Of a DNA stretch of 64,000 nt, positions 29,371-40,001 are shown one piece after another. The notes beneath the pieces are model-generated. The model was not told where the DNA came from and did no database searches. It saw only the letters and a program-made list of their open reading frames with translations. The stretch lies in NCBI GenBank assembly GCA_045863295.1, contig BTWA01000002.1:32001-96000 (forward strand), written 5' to 3'. The first letter of the stretch is position 1, and each line of letters starts with the position of its first letter. Both the position numbers and the translations under genes were made by a program. The stretch comes from Candidatus Hydrogenedentota bacterium (GTDB taxonomy: Bacteria; Hydrogenedentota; Hydrogenedentia; Hydrogenedentales; SLHB01).

Positions 29371-30534
29371 ATGCAGATGGTCAAAGTTCGCCTGCGCAAG
29401 CCAACGCGGGTGTTCACGTTCTTGTCCAAAGACTCGGAAATCAAGCGGAACGACAATCTGATTGTCCGCAGCGATCGCGGGCTCGAATTCGGAACCGCGA
29501 TTCTGCCACCCGAACCGTGCGCCGAAGATTTGGAACAGCGGTACAAGATGAATGTCGTGCGCAAGGCGACGCCCCACGATCTCACCTCCTTTATGCAGAT
29601 TCAGATTGAAGAAGGCCGGGCCATGGAGATTGCGCGGGAAAAGGTGAATTCGCGCAACCTGCCCATGAAGATGGTGGATGTGGAATACACGTTCGACAAG
29701 CAGCGCGTCATGTTCTATTTTGTCGCGGCGGATCGGGTGGACTTCCGCCAGTTGGTGCGCGATCTGGCGCAAGAGTTGAAGACGCGCATCGAGCTTCGGC
29801 ACATCCAGGTGCGCGACGAAGCCAAGATCAAAGGCGGTCTCGGCGTATGCGGGCGCGAACTGTGCTGCTCTACATGGCTGACCGAGTTCAAGCCCATTTC
29901 CATGAAGATGGCGAAGCGCCAGAACCTGAGCCTGAACCCCACCAAGATCAGCGGCCAATGTGGACGCCTCTTGTGCTGCCTCGGCTACGAGAACGAGGTG
30001 TACCAGATGCGCAAACGCGACGAGCAGAATGCGCTGGCGCAGCAGGCCGCCATGGAAGAGGACGACATCCCGGACAGCGAACTGGCCGCGCTGGAAGACG
30101 AACCCGCGAGCCGTGCCACCGCGCGCACAGGCGATCGCTCACCGGGCGGGCAGCGGCCCCAAGGGCCGCGCCGCGGCGATGACCGTCCTCAAGGAACCCA
30201 AGGCCGGCGTCCTGATCAAGGACCGTCCGGCCAACGCCCGGATCGCGGGGGGCGTCCGGAGCGGCCGCGCCCGGAACCGCAAGCGGGAAGCGGGCGTCCT
30301 GATCGACCCGACCGTCCGGATCGCGGGCCGCGCCCGGAACGGCCGCAACAGGAACCCCGCAGCGAACGGCCAGTTCAATCCATGCCGCCGGTTCGTACGG
30401 AAGCACCGGCGTCGCCCGGACCGGATTCCGATCAACCTTCACCCGATGGTGGGGCCGCGGAAGGCCAAGATAGCAAGCGCAGAGGACGCCGTCGACGCCG
30501 CCGGCGCAACCGGCCTGGCGGCGGCGAGTCGTGA
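29371..30534 (+). CDS. ricT: PSP1/RicT (YaaT) family Fe-S regulatory protein with a long low-complexity C-terminal tail
   Basis: RVDFRQLVRDLA, RDEAK..GGLGVCGRELCC, MAKRQNLSLNPTKISGQCGRLLCCLGYE. Confidence 0.9.
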   Translation: MQMVKVRLRKPTRVFTFLSKDSEIKRNDNLIVRSDRGLEFGTAILPPEPCAEDLEQRYKMNVVRKATPHDLTSFMQIQIEEGRAMEIAREKVNSRNLPMKMVDVEYTFDKQRVMFYFVAADRVDFRQLVRDLAQELKTRIELRHIQVRDEAKIKGGLGVCGRELCCSTWLTEFKPISMKMAKRQNLSLNPTKISGQCGRLLCCLGYENEVYQMRKRDEQNALAQQAAMEEDDIPDSELAALEDEPASRATARTGDRSPGGQRPQGPRRGDDRPQGTQGRRPDQGPSGQRPDRGGRPERPRPEPQAGSGRPDRPDRPDRGPRPERPQQEPRSERPVQSMPPVRTEAPASPGPDSDQPSPDGGAAEGQDSKRRGRRRRRRRNRPGGGES

Positions 30535-31304
30535 CCGGACTGGTCGACACGCATTGCCATGTACAGGGCGAGGCGTTCGAGGGCGATCGGAATGACGTGC
30601 TGGAACGGGCTCTGTCCGTATTGCGCTGGATAGTGCTGATCGGGGATACGTTGGCTTCGAGCCGGCGCGGCGCGGAAATGACCCGCGAAGGCGTGTATGC
30701 GGCGGTGGGCGTGCATCCGTATCATCCCGAGGAGGTCACGGAGGCCGGCTTGGCGGAATTGCGCGAAATGGCCCGGCTGCCTCGTGTAGTGGCCATTGGC
30801 GAGATCGGCTTGGACTATTACAAATACAACCAGGCGCCCCGCGATGCCCAGCACGCGGCCTTTCGATCCCAGTTGGAACTGGCCTCGGAACTGGACCTGC
30901 CGGTGATTATCCACAACCGCGAGAGTCACACCGATCTAATGTCGATACTCGCGGAGTTCGACGGGCAATTGCCTGACGTACTGATGCATTGTTTCGCCGG
31001 CGATCAGGACTTTTTGCAGGCCTGCATCGAACGCGGGTACTACATCTCCTTCGCAGGCAACAGCACCTATCCCAAGGCACAGCCCTTGCGCGACGCGGCC
31101 GCGCAAGTACCAGAAGGTAAACTGTTGGTGGAAACCGATTCGCCGTATTTGTCACCACAGGCCTTGCGCGGCAAACGGTGCGAACCGGCATACGTCGCGC
31201 ATACGGCGCGCGCGCTGGCGGAATTGAGAGGCCTGACGCTCGACGCCTTCGCAGACCTGACCACCGCCAATGCCCGGCGGTTTTTTCGTATCCACGATGC
31301 CTGA
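30531..31304 (+). CDS. tatD: TatD family hydrolase
   Basis: DTHCH, GVHP, IGEIGLDYY, IIHNRES, MHCF and ETDSPYLSP. Confidence 0.94.
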   Translation: MTGLVDTHCHVQGEAFEGDRNDVLERALSVLRWIVLIGDTLASSRRGAEMTREGVYAAVGVHPYHPEEVTEAGLAELREMARLPRVVAIGEIGLDYYKYNQAPRDAQHAAFRSQLELASELDLPVIIHNRESHTDLMSILAEFDGQLPDVLMHCFAGDQDFLQACIERGYYISFAGNSTYPKAQPLRDAAAQVPEGKLLVETDSPYLSPQALRGKRCEPAYVAHTARALAELRGLTLDAFADLTTANARRFFRIHDA

Positions 31305-31566
31305 TCCGCAGTCGACACGTCGCCCCACGGATTTCCGGTCGCGAATTACCTGGGACTGGGTTGTTCTGGTGTGCTGCGCCATGGTGGCCACGGCCGCGGC
31401 AGGATACCAACTGCTTTGGAACCCGTCCGATGGGCTGAGCGGGAGCCTGCTACTTCGCAAACTCTTCTTGCCCGGTTTGCTCTGGGTGTTGGCGGCGGAT
31501 CAATTCTTCACCGGCAAAAGACGCTTTCTGAACGGCGCCGCGCGCCGCCGTGGACGCGAGAAATAG
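31297..31566 (+). CDS. Small hypothetical membrane protein (2 hydrophobic segments)
   Basis: 89 aa from ATG 31297, overlapping the tatD stop; fills the gap before the next GT gene. Confidence 0.5.
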   Translation: MPDPQSTRRPTDFRSRITWDWVVLVCCAMVATAAAGYQLLWNPSDGLSGSLLLRKLFLPGLLWVLAADQFFTGKRRFLNGAARRRGREK

Positions 31567-31633
31567 TCAGCGCCACAGGCGGAGCGCCCCTTTCTTGCGC
31601 GCGGCGAATGCATCGTGAAACAATCCGTATGTA

Positions 31634-32536
31634 ATGAATGCCACCCACTCAAACGCGGTCGCGTCCACGAAAAACGCCGAGGCACCGCTCGTATCAGTCG
31701 CCTTGCTCACATGCAACGGTGGAGCCTTACTGGGCCGGTTGTTGCAGGCGGTGAAAGGCCAATTGACACCGCACCCCATTGAGATTGTCGCCGTGGATTC
31801 CGGATCGACAGACGGCACGCTGGATATTCTCAAGGAGCACAACGTTCGCGTCATTCCAATTGCACCGGAAGACTTTGATTTTGGTAAGACGCGGGATTTG
31901 GTGTTCGAACAAACCCGGGGTTCCTTCATCGTATCGCTATCTCAGGACGCGATTCCCGCGACACAGAACTGGCTGGAGAATTTGTTGAAGCCGTTTGACG
32001 ATCCGTCGGTAGCGGTTACGTGCGGCCGATCGGTCCCGGATCCCGATCGCGCCTTTGATCCATTTCCATGGGAAGCGAACGGCTATTTCTATTTCACGCG
32101 GGAAATGAAGAAATTCCGGGCCAAATACGGACGGGGATTATCAAATGCCAACGCGGCGTACCGGCGATCGGTATGGGAGGAGTTGCGGTTCGGCGAACAA
32201 CCCATAGGCGAAGACTTTCGGTTCCAGGAGAAGCTGCATGATTCGCGGCATATCCTTGCGTTCGTGGACGATGCACCGGTTTTGCATCATCATGATTACA
32301 CATTGCGCACGTTGTACAAGCGATGCCGCAACGAAGGCTATGGCCTTCGATTGCTTGGATTCCCATATACACTTACCGACTATCTTCGGGACTGTTTGAA
32401 CCCGCGCAAGGATCTCGTGTGGCTTCGTTCGTTGTTGAAGGGCCGGCTGCGGTCGCCAGCTGCAATCGTTTTTCCTTACGCGCGTCCCAGTTGGGTTTAC
32501 ATGGGCAGCCGCTTTGCGCGCGGCTACTTGAAGTAA
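31634..32536 (+). CDS. Glycosyltransferase family 2 (rhamnosyltransferase-like)
   Basis: VDSGSTDGT, FDFGKTR, LSQDAIP, SNANAAYRRSVWE and GED. Confidence 0.88.
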   Translation: MNATHSNAVASTKNAEAPLVSVALLTCNGGALLGRLLQAVKGQLTPHPIEIVAVDSGSTDGTLDILKEHNVRVIPIAPEDFDFGKTRDLVFEQTRGSFIVSLSQDAIPATQNWLENLLKPFDDPSVAVTCGRSVPDPDRAFDPFPWEANGYFYFTREMKKFRAKYGRGLSNANAAYRRSVWEELRFGEQPIGEDFRFQEKLHDSRHILAFVDDAPVLHHHDYTLRTLYKRCRNEGYGLRLLGFPYTLTDYLRDCLNPRKDLVWLRSLLKGRLRSPAAIVFPYARPSWVYMGSRFARGYLK

Positions 32537-32540
32537 CAGC

Positions 32541-33299
32541 ATGACGAAGGACATTCACACTCGCGTACGGCAGTTCTACGAGCAAAACCCGCAAATGGTG
32601 AGTTCGCCATTTGGCGGCACAACGGGCATCAATGAGTCGCTTTTTCACGATGTGTTGTCCCGGTTGCGGATTGACCTGCGCGGCAAACGAGTGATCGATG
32701 TGGGTTGCGGACGCGCGTTTGTGGGAGACCTGGTGGCCGCGATGGGTGGCCATTACACGGGCGTCGATTTGGTGGTATCCAGGTCTGGAGTGCGCATGGC
32801 GCAGGCGCAAGCGCAACGCCTGCCGTTTCCGAATGGCGCGTTCGATGTCGTATTCTGCATTGACGCGTTCGAACATTTTCCGGATCCGCCGGCCGCGATG
32901 GCCGAGTTTCGGCGCGTGATGGCGGCGGACGGCGTGTTCTTTCTGTCCGCGCCCAATTACGGAAACGTGGCGGGGCTGGTCAAGCGCGTGTACGAATCGC
33001 TAGGCTGGTATGCGAAGGACACGTGGGCGCCGTTTGGGCGTTGGCAGCCTCAGGAACTGGAGCAGCCGCTGACTATAGGCGCCGTTCGCCGATGGGCGCG
33101 CCAAGCGGGATTTCGCGATGTTATGTGCGCAGGCCATGCTTTGGAAGTCGAGCTAGGGCTGTTCCCATGGATTGCGCATCCAAAGATGCCGGAGTCTCTT
33201 TTATACCGATTGCAGCGCGTGTTCAGGGTGGTGGGTCCAAGTATCGTCCGGGCTTGGCCGGGGTCAAGCCTTCATGTGTTTTACCGGATCGGGGCGTAG
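32541..33299 (+). CDS. Class I SAM-dependent methyltransferase
   Basis: [17 protein letters not shown] and EFRRVM..DG...SAPN. Confidence 0.88.
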   Translation: MTKDIHTRVRQFYEQNPQMVSSPFGGTTGINESLFHDVLSRLRIDLRGKRVIDVGCGRAFVGDLVAAMGGHYTGVDLVVSRSGVRMAQAQAQRLPFPNGAFDVVFCIDAFEHFPDPPAAMAEFRRVMAADGVFFLSAPNYGNVAGLVKRVYESLGWYAKDTWAPFGRWQPQELEQPLTIGAVRRWARQAGFRDVMCAGHALEVELGLFPWIAHPKMPESLLYRLQRVFRVVGPSIVRAWPGSSLHVFYRIGA

Positions 33300-33304
33300 T
33301 CCGC

Positions 33305-33823
33305 ATGGGATTGAAGCGATATTATCTGCGGTTCCTGCTGAAATACGGATCCGACGAGACAAAAGTAAAGGCGTTGCGCGCGATGGGGATGCGCATCGGC
33401 GATCGCTGCCGCATCTACACAACCCGGTTTGGTTCGGAGCCATGGCTGATTCGCATTGGGAATCACGTAGCCGTTTCGCCGGATGTCACGTTTGTGACGC
33501 ACGGATCCAATTGGACATTGCAGGACAAATACGAATCGCTCACCAGTTTTGGCGTCATCGACATTAAAGACAATGTACATATTGGCGCCTGCGCGGTGAT
33601 TCTTCCGAATGTGACCATTGGCCCAAACGTGGTGATTGGCGCGGGCAGCGTGGTCACGAAAGACATACCTCCGAATGTGGTGGCCGCGGGTAACCCCGCG
33701 CGTGTGATTTGCACTATGGACGAATACGAGCCTCGGGTGGTGGCCGGGCACATTGCTATTCCCAAAGGACGCGAAGCCGCGCGCGCGTTTCTGGAGAAGC
33801 ACTTCTGGGGCGATGACGCGTGA
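33305..33823 (+). CDS. Left-handed beta-helix O-acyltransferase (hexapeptide repeat)
   Basis: [14 protein letters not shown] and [46 protein letters not shown] 33305. Confidence 0.92.
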   Translation: MGLKRYYLRFLLKYGSDETKVKALRAMGMRIGDRCRIYTTRFGSEPWLIRIGNHVAVSPDVTFVTHGSNWTLQDKYESLTSFGVIDIKDNVHIGACAVILPNVTIGPNVVIGAGSVVTKDIPPNVVAAGNPARVICTMDEYEPRVVAGHIAIPKGREAARAFLEKHFWGDDA

Positions 33824-34983
33824 AACTGGCGCTGCTCATGGGCAACCGGTTCAACCCGTGGCATCTGCAAGGGCTGGCACGGCTTCACGATCGCGCGCAG
33901 GTTACGGCGTTTCGCGCGGAGTCGCAAATACAACGCCACTTTGAAGAGCGGGATGACGGGTCCGTGCAGTTTGCGCAGGAGCGCATATTCTTCGATACGC
34001 AGGCGGGACCGTGGTGGCGACGCTTCCGAAACTTGTTAGGCGAGCGCTATTCCCATCGCGAGCCGCGCATTTTGCCTTTTTCCGATCGCCTCAAGGGATT
34101 CGATCTCATACACACTTGGGAATTATTTCCAGATTGGTCGGGCGAGGCCGCGCGCGCAAGACGGCAATATGGCGTGCCGTTGGTAACCACCGTGTGGGAT
34201 CTGATTCCGTTCAACATGGAATCCAAGCCTTACCTCAAGGCCAATAAGCAAGCCGTTGCCAGTGCAACGGATCGCTTTATCGTGTATACCGAGCGGTCAC
34301 GGCGGACGTTGCACATGGAAGGCATTGACGACTCGCGCATTGCATTGGTTCCGCCGGGGGCGGACACCTCGGCGTTTTGCGAAGGCGAAGCCGATCGAAA
34401 GTCGCACGGCCTTCATGAAGATGCATTTGTAATCCTGTTTGTGGGGTGGTTTCTTCCCCGCAAAGGAATCGACTTCCTGCTGATGGCGGTGCGCGATGCC
34501 ATGGACCACGGCGTGAAACAGCCCATTCAGGTCGTGATGATTGGCGCGGGAGCCGGCCGGGATCGAGTGGAAGCGCTCATTCGCCGGTTGCGCCTGCAAG
34601 ACCAGTGTGTATTTACCGGAGCGCAACCTTACAACGCGATGCCCGGCTGGTTTCGGTGTTGCGACGCATTCGTGTTGCCAAGCATCGCGACGGAGACATG
34701 GCAGGAACAATTTGGAATGTCGCTGATTGAAGCGATGGCGTGCGGGATGCCGTGTATTGCCACCCGGAGCGGCGCCATACCCGAGATCGCAGGCGATGCC
34801 GCGCTGCTGGTGCAGCCGAATGATTTTGGGGAATTGAGCGCGGCCATGATTCGCTTGATGCATGAATCCGCGCTGCGCGCGGAATTGGGCGCAGCGGCCC
34901 GTCATCGCGTGCATACTCACTATTCGCTGGACATTCACACCGAGGCGCTCTGGTCGGCCTATCGGGAAGCGTTGGAATCGTGA
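33820..34983 (+). CDS. Glycosyltransferase family 4
   Basis: [11 protein letters not shown] and [26 protein letters not shown]. Confidence 0.92.
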   Translation: MKLALLMGNRFNPWHLQGLARLHDRAQVTAFRAESQIQRHFEERDDGSVQFAQERIFFDTQAGPWWRRFRNLLGERYSHREPRILPFSDRLKGFDLIHTWELFPDWSGEAARARRQYGVPLVTTVWDLIPFNMESKPYLKANKQAVASATDRFIVYTERSRRTLHMEGIDDSRIALVPPGADTSAFCEGEADRKSHGLHEDAFVILFVGWFLPRKGIDFLLMAVRDAMDHGVKQPIQVVMIGAGAGRDRVEALIRRLRLQDQCVFTGAQPYNAMPGWFRCCDAFVLPSIATETWQEQFGMSLIEAMACGMPCIATRSGAIPEIAGDAALLVQPNDFGELSAAMIRLMHESALRAELGAAARHRVHTHYSLDIHTEALWSAYREALES

Positions 34984-35906
34984 GCGTTGACCCGGATACA
35001 TACGAGGCCCGCTTCGGGCCCGTCGCGCGGCGATTTCAGCGGGCCTTGCGCGCTTGCCGGTGGACGCTGAAAGGCATTTCCCGGCGCCCCCGAACCGTAT
35101 TGATCGATCTTCGGTGGCGGCTGGGCGACGAGATTATGGCGTTGCCCGTGTACAGCGCCATCAAACGGGCGCACCCGGATTGCCGGATTGTGGTGCACTG
35201 CAGTTTTCCCGACCTGCTGGTTGACAATCCGTTTGTGGATGCCGTGAACATACCCGCGCACCCCGATCGGTATGCCAATCTGCGGGGCGGACCCCGCGAA
35301 CGCGTTCGTATCTACCATTACGCGCGCGCGGCACGTATTGATACGCCCGATGAGACTCCAGCCCTTTATTACCGCGATTGGTCCACCCCGTTGCTGGACG
35401 AATTGCGTGGCGCCCCTCGGCCATGGGTTGCGGTGAGCACCGGCGCATCGTGGCCGGTTAAGCGGTGGGAGCGCACAAAATGGTTGGAGGTGGTTGAAGT
35501 GATGCAGGCCCGAGGCGCCACGGTGTTTCAGGCCGGATCCGGCAAGGACGAGCAACTCGGTCTGCAGTATGACTTTGTGAACCGTACGACCGTGCGCGAA
35601 GCCGCCTGTTTGCTGCATGCGGCGGACGGTTTTCTCGGGTGCGATTCGGGTTTGCTGCACCTGGCCCTGGCGGCGGGGATTCCCGCGGCGGCTTTGTTCG
35701 GTCCGACCGATCCCACTATACTCATTCCCGGCGATCCCCGGCTGACGGCCATCCCAAATGGCCGTCCGTGTTTTGGATGCTGGAATGTCTCCCGGCGCAT
35801 GACGACCGAAGGCGTATGCCCGCTTTCCATTGCGGACTGCTTGGGAACCATCGATCCTTCGATGGTGCTTTCCGCGATTGGATTGGAATCAGCGGCCAAA
35901 GACTGA
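34980..35906 (+). CDS. Glycosyltransferase family 9 (ADP-heptose:LPS heptosyltransferase-like)
   Basis: RLGDEIMALP, GASWPVKRW and DSGLLHLALAAGIP..LFGPTDP. Confidence 0.88.
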   Translation: MSVDPDTYEARFGPVARRFQRALRACRWTLKGISRRPRTVLIDLRWRLGDEIMALPVYSAIKRAHPDCRIVVHCSFPDLLVDNPFVDAVNIPAHPDRYANLRGGPRERVRIYHYARAARIDTPDETPALYYRDWSTPLLDELRGAPRPWVAVSTGASWPVKRWERTKWLEVVEVMQARGATVFQAGSGKDEQLGLQYDFVNRTTVREAACLLHAADGFLGCDSGLLHLALAAGIPAAALFGPTDPTILIPGDPRLTAIPNGRPCFGCWNVSRRMTTEGVCPLSIADCLGTIDPSMVLSAIGLESAAKD

Positions 35907-35910
35907 GCAA

Positions 35911-36972
35911 ATGCGAGCACTTTTTCTCACCTTATATCCGGCGTCGGCTGCGAGCCCGCGATATCGCGTTGGGCAGTTCATCCCGTATTTGGAAGCGCAA
36001 GGGATAAAATGCACCGTGGCCACACCGCTGACCGAAGCGGAGTACCACACGTTGACGGGTCCGAACCGAACCGCGCGCGCGATGGCGTATCACCTTCGCG
36101 AAACCCCCCGGCGGCTTGGACAGTTGCTGTCGGCCCGGCGGTACGACGTGGTGTTCCTGCAAAAGGCGGTCATGACGGCCTATGTGCGCGGGTTTGCCGC
36201 GGTCACACGTGCTTGTGCGCCCCGCTTGATCTACGACATTGACGATGCCGTTCACCTTGCACCGCCGCATCCACTGAGGGGATTTTGGCAACGGTTGGAA
36301 GATCGAGAACAAATCGCCCGGGTGCTGGCCCGAGCGAAAGTCGTTTTGACCGGCAACCGGTGGTTGATGGAGCAGATGGCGCGCACCTGCGGCAGCGCCA
36401 TGTTGTTTCCGACAGTGGTGGATACCGACCGGTTTGTGCCCGCTCCTCATGCCCCGGAACAATTCACGGTAGGCTGGATTGGCAGTGCCAGCACGACGGA
36501 ACACCTTCAGTACGCCACGCGGCGGATAGGAATCCTTCGCGATACCGGCATCCGGCTCGTTGGTGCGCGCCGCGAATTGGTTCCGTGGCACCGGGCCGAG
36601 GTGATTCCCTGGACCGCCGAAGACGAAGTGCGAGAGATCCAACGGTTTTCGGTTGGCCTGATGCCGTTGCCCAAAACAGATTGGGCGCGCGGCAAATGCG
36701 CATTGAAGGCGTTGCAGTACATGGCCTGCGGCGTGCCTTGTATTGCAACACCGTTTGGCGCTGTGCTGGACATCATCGAACACGGTAAGAACGGCTTGTT
36801 CGCGGACACCCCTTCGGAATGGCTGCGGGCGATCGATCGGCTTCGCGACCCGGCGGAGCGGCAACGCATCGGCGAGGCGGGCCGCGCCACCGTGGAGCAG
36901 CGGTTTGCGCTCAAGGGGTGGGCGCCTCAAATGCACGAGTTGCTGGAGCGGGTGGCATGTCCAAACCGCTGA
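35911..36972 (+). CDS. Glycosyltransferase family 4
   Basis: ASPRYRV, IYDIDDA, VGWIGS and GKCALKALQYMACGVP. Confidence 0.88.
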   Translation: MRALFLTLYPASAASPRYRVGQFIPYLEAQGIKCTVATPLTEAEYHTLTGPNRTARAMAYHLRETPRRLGQLLSARRYDVVFLQKAVMTAYVRGFAAVTRACAPRLIYDIDDAVHLAPPHPLRGFWQRLEDREQIARVLARAKVVLTGNRWLMEQMARTCGSAMLFPTVVDTDRFVPAPHAPEQFTVGWIGSASTTEHLQYATRRIGILRDTGIRLVGARRELVPWHRAEVIPWTAEDEVREIQRFSVGLMPLPKTDWARGKCALKALQYMACGVPCIATPFGAVLDIIEHGKNGLFADTPSEWLRAIDRLRDPAERQRIGEAGRATVEQRFALKGWAPQMHELLERVACPNR

Positions 36973-38090
36973 CACGCGTTTGTTACGTAATTCCCACGCT
37001 CGACATGGGCGGCACCGAACGGCAGCTCATCTGTCTGATGAAGGGCTTGATACATGACTTCGAGATTACAGTCATCTGCACGCGGTATGAAGGCACGCTG
37101 GCCGGCGAAGCCCGGCGCATGGGGGCGTATGTCCGGCAGGCGGAGTCGTGGGGGGGCTGGGATTTCACGTTGGAACGAAAGATCCGCAACATGTTCCGGC
37201 AACACCGCCCGGATATTGTGCATACCTTCATGTTCGGCTTCGATCTGCCCGTCAACAAGGCCGCGCGGGCAACGGGCGTGCCGGTAGTTATTTCCAGCCG
37301 CCGGCAGCGCGCGACCTGGAAAAAGGCCCGGCACATTCGAATCCAGAAGAAGGCGAATCTACTCGCAGACGCAATCGTCGCCAACAGCAATGCCGTGCGC
37401 GAATTCGCGTGCGAGCAGGAAGGGTTGGATCCAGCCGCGGTGCGGGTCATCTACAATGGCATCGACGCCGACGCGTTTGTAAGCTCGGCGATGCCGACCA
37501 TGGTTCGGGAGCGGTTCGACCTTCCACACGAACCCATAATCGTGGGTATGGTGGCCAATTTCAGTCCCGCGAAGGATCACGAGTTGTTCGTGCAGGCGGC
37601 CGAGCACTTGTTGAGCCAGCGAGACAATCTTCATTTTCTCATGGCCGGGGCCGGACCGTACCGCAAAGAGGTCCTGACGCGGATTCGGAACAGTAAGTGG
37701 AGCAGCCGGTTTTCACGGGTATCGACCATCCAGGAAATTGCCGACCTCTATCGCATCATGAGCGTTTGTGTGCTGACGTCCAAGACGGAGGGTTTTCCCA
37801 ATACGGTTCTAGAGGCCATGGCGGCGAACCGGCCCGTAGTGGCCGCGGCCGTAGGCGGCATTCCCGAGCAGATTGAGGACGGTATAACGGGACGGCTGAT
37901 CCGTGATCGCCGGCCTGAGTCCTTTGCGGAAGCGATTGCCCACCTGATTGAGCATCCGCAGGAGGCCGAAGCCATGGGACAGCGGGCCGGCGAATCTGTG
38001 CGTGCGCGCTTCTCTGTTGAATCAATGGTGAACAGTTACCGGAATCTGTATCGCGAATTGCTGGTTGAATCCGCCCGGCGGAGCGCCTGA
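36957..38090 (+). CDS. Glycosyltransferase family 4
   Basis: GGTERQL, VIYNGID and EGFPNTVLEAMA..GGIPE. Confidence 0.92.
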   Translation: MSKPLTRVCYVIPTLDMGGTERQLICLMKGLIHDFEITVICTRYEGTLAGEARRMGAYVRQAESWGGWDFTLERKIRNMFRQHRPDIVHTFMFGFDLPVNKAARATGVPVVISSRRQRATWKKARHIRIQKKANLLADAIVANSNAVREFACEQEGLDPAAVRVIYNGIDADAFVSSAMPTMVRERFDLPHEPIIVGMVANFSPAKDHELFVQAAEHLLSQRDNLHFLMAGAGPYRKEVLTRIRNSKWSSRFSRVSTIQEIADLYRIMSVCVLTSKTEGFPNTVLEAMAANRPVVAAAVGGIPEQIEDGITGRLIRDRRPESFAEAIAHLIEHPQEAEAMGQRAGESVRARFSVESMVNSYRNLYRELLVESARRSA

Positions 38091-38093
38091 TCA

Positions 38094-39959
38094 GTGTGCG
38101 GCATATGCGGCCTCGTGTGCGGCGATGCAGCCCAGACCGCGGACGCGGATCGCGTCCGATCAATGAACGATGCGTTGACCCACCGAGGGCCTGACGACGG
38201 AGGTCTGTGGTCGACTGGGCCCGCGGCGCTGGCGATGCGGCGGTTGCGGATTATCGATCTTGAGGGCGGCCGCCAGCCCATGACCCTGCCGGATGGTTCC
38301 GTCACCGTCGTCTTTAATGGCGAGATCTACAATTACCGCGAGTTGCGTCGCGAACTGCAATCCCGGGGGCATGTCTTCCAAACGGAAAGCGACACCGAAG
38401 TCCTCCTGCACGGATACCAGGCGTACGGCGACACGATTCTGGATCGCTTGAATGGCATGTTTGCTTTTGGCGTATACGACGCCAATCGCAAGCGGTTGCT
38501 TTTGGCGCGCGACCGGCTGGGCATCAAGCCCCTATTCTACACCGTCGTCAACGGCCAATTGGCGTTTGCTTCGGAAATCGACTCGCTGATCCGGTCCGGA
38601 CTCGTAGACGGCCGAATAAACACACGTGCCATTCACGCATATTTTACAAGACTGTATGTACCCGGACCGGACACCGCATTTCTCGACGTGCTCAAACTGG
38701 GTGCCGGCGAAGCGCTTGTCTTTGAAAACGGCCGGGCGCAGAAGCGCCGCTACTGGACTCTATCGATGCAGCCGGATTCGCACTGGACCGAGGCCGATGC
38801 GAAGGCTCGGTTAAATGAACTGCTGGAAGACTCGGTGCGCCTGCAGCAGGTGGCTGATGTTCCGGTGGGCGCGTTCCTCAGCGGCGGCGTGGATTCCACG
38901 GCCGTGGTGGCATTGATGAGGCGGGTGGGTGTGAATCCGATTCGCACATTTACCATTGGCTTTGACGACAAACATGCGGATGAGTTGGCTTTTGCACGCC
39001 TCGCGGCGCGGCACTATGAAACGGACCACCACGAGGCGATACTGAAGCCGGACATAGCGCCTGTTGCGGAGGGTATTGCACGGCATTTTGGCGAACCGTT
39101 TGCCGACTCTTCGGCCATCCCGATGTGGCTTGTTTCCAAGACGGCGCGGCAGCACGTCACTGTGGCCCTCAGCGGCGACGGCGGGGACGAACTGTTTGCC
39201 GGTTACGCATGGTTGCACAATACCTTGAAGGCAATGCGGTACGGACGGACACCAGCAGCGTTCCGGGGACTGGTGTCCGCGGCGCTTGGCTTCGCGCCTC
39301 GTTCGCCTCTGATTACCAAGGCGCGGCGGTTTAACGCGGATTCTTTTCTGGAGCCGCGGGCCATATTTGAACGCAGGCAGACGTGCATGGATGCCACGAC
39401 CCGCAACCAGTTGTTCCGGCCGGATTTTTTGCATGCCGTCGATAGTGACTTCGATGGGCAAGACGCGATGCCGCCGGAGGAATGGATGCAGCTGCGAGAC
39501 ACCACACGGTACTTGCCCGACGACATTCTGACCAAGGTGGATCGAATGAGCATGGCGCACGGCCTTGAGGCGCGCGTGCCCCTCCTTGATCACCGGTTGG
39601 TGGAATTCGCAGCCACGCTGCCGTTTCACTTCAAGTACCGGGGCGGCGTCTCGAAATGGATTTTGAAAGAAACCATGCGGCCCGATTTTCCACCGCGTCT
39701 GTTGAAGCAGCGGAAGCAGGGGTTTGCGATTCCGATTCATCGCTGGTTTCGCGAAGAGCTTCGGCCGGTTTTTGCCGATACGGTGTTGTCGACGAATGCG
39801 CGATGCGGGGCTGTCTTGCGTCCCGAGACGGTCGACCGGTTGTACCGGGAGCACCAATCGGGCCGCGAGAATCACGGACATGCCCTGTGGTCAATATTGA
39901 TGTTCGAACTCTGGCTCGGCTACTTTGCGACCGTGCCGGGAATCGGACCGGGTTTTTGA
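38094..39959 (+). CDS. asnB: Asparagine synthase (glutamine-hydrolysing)-family amidotransferase
   Basis: N-terminal MCGICG, HRGPD, FNGEIYN, LSGGVDS, LSGDGGDELFAGY and KVDRMSMAHGLEARVP. Confidence 0.93.
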   Translation: MCGICGLVCGDAAQTADADRVRSMNDALTHRGPDDGGLWSTGPAALAMRRLRIIDLEGGRQPMTLPDGSVTVVFNGEIYNYRELRRELQSRGHVFQTESDTEVLLHGYQAYGDTILDRLNGMFAFGVYDANRKRLLLARDRLGIKPLFYTVVNGQLAFASEIDSLIRSGLVDGRINTRAIHAYFTRLYVPGPDTAFLDVLKLGAGEALVFENGRAQKRRYWTLSMQPDSHWTEADAKARLNELLEDSVRLQQVADVPVGAFLSGGVDSTAVVALMRRVGVNPIRTFTIGFDDKHADELAFARLAARHYETDHHEAILKPDIAPVAEGIARHFGEPFADSSAIPMWLVSKTARQHVTVALSGDGGDELFAGYAWLHNTLKAMRYGRTPAAFRGLVSAALGFAPRSPLITKARRFNADSFLEPRAIFERRQTCMDATTRNQLFRPDFLHAVDSDFDGQDAMPPEEWMQLRDTTRYLPDDILTKVDRMSMAHGLEARVPLLDHRLVEFAATLPFHFKYRGGVSKWILKETMRPDFPPRLLKQRKQGFAIPIHRWFREELRPVFADTVLSTNARCGAVLRPETVDRLYREHQSGRENHGHALWSILMFELWLGYFATVPGIGPGF

Positions 39960-40001
39960 CATGTTCCGTATACAAATGCGATTCAAACCGGGATTAATCC
40001 A

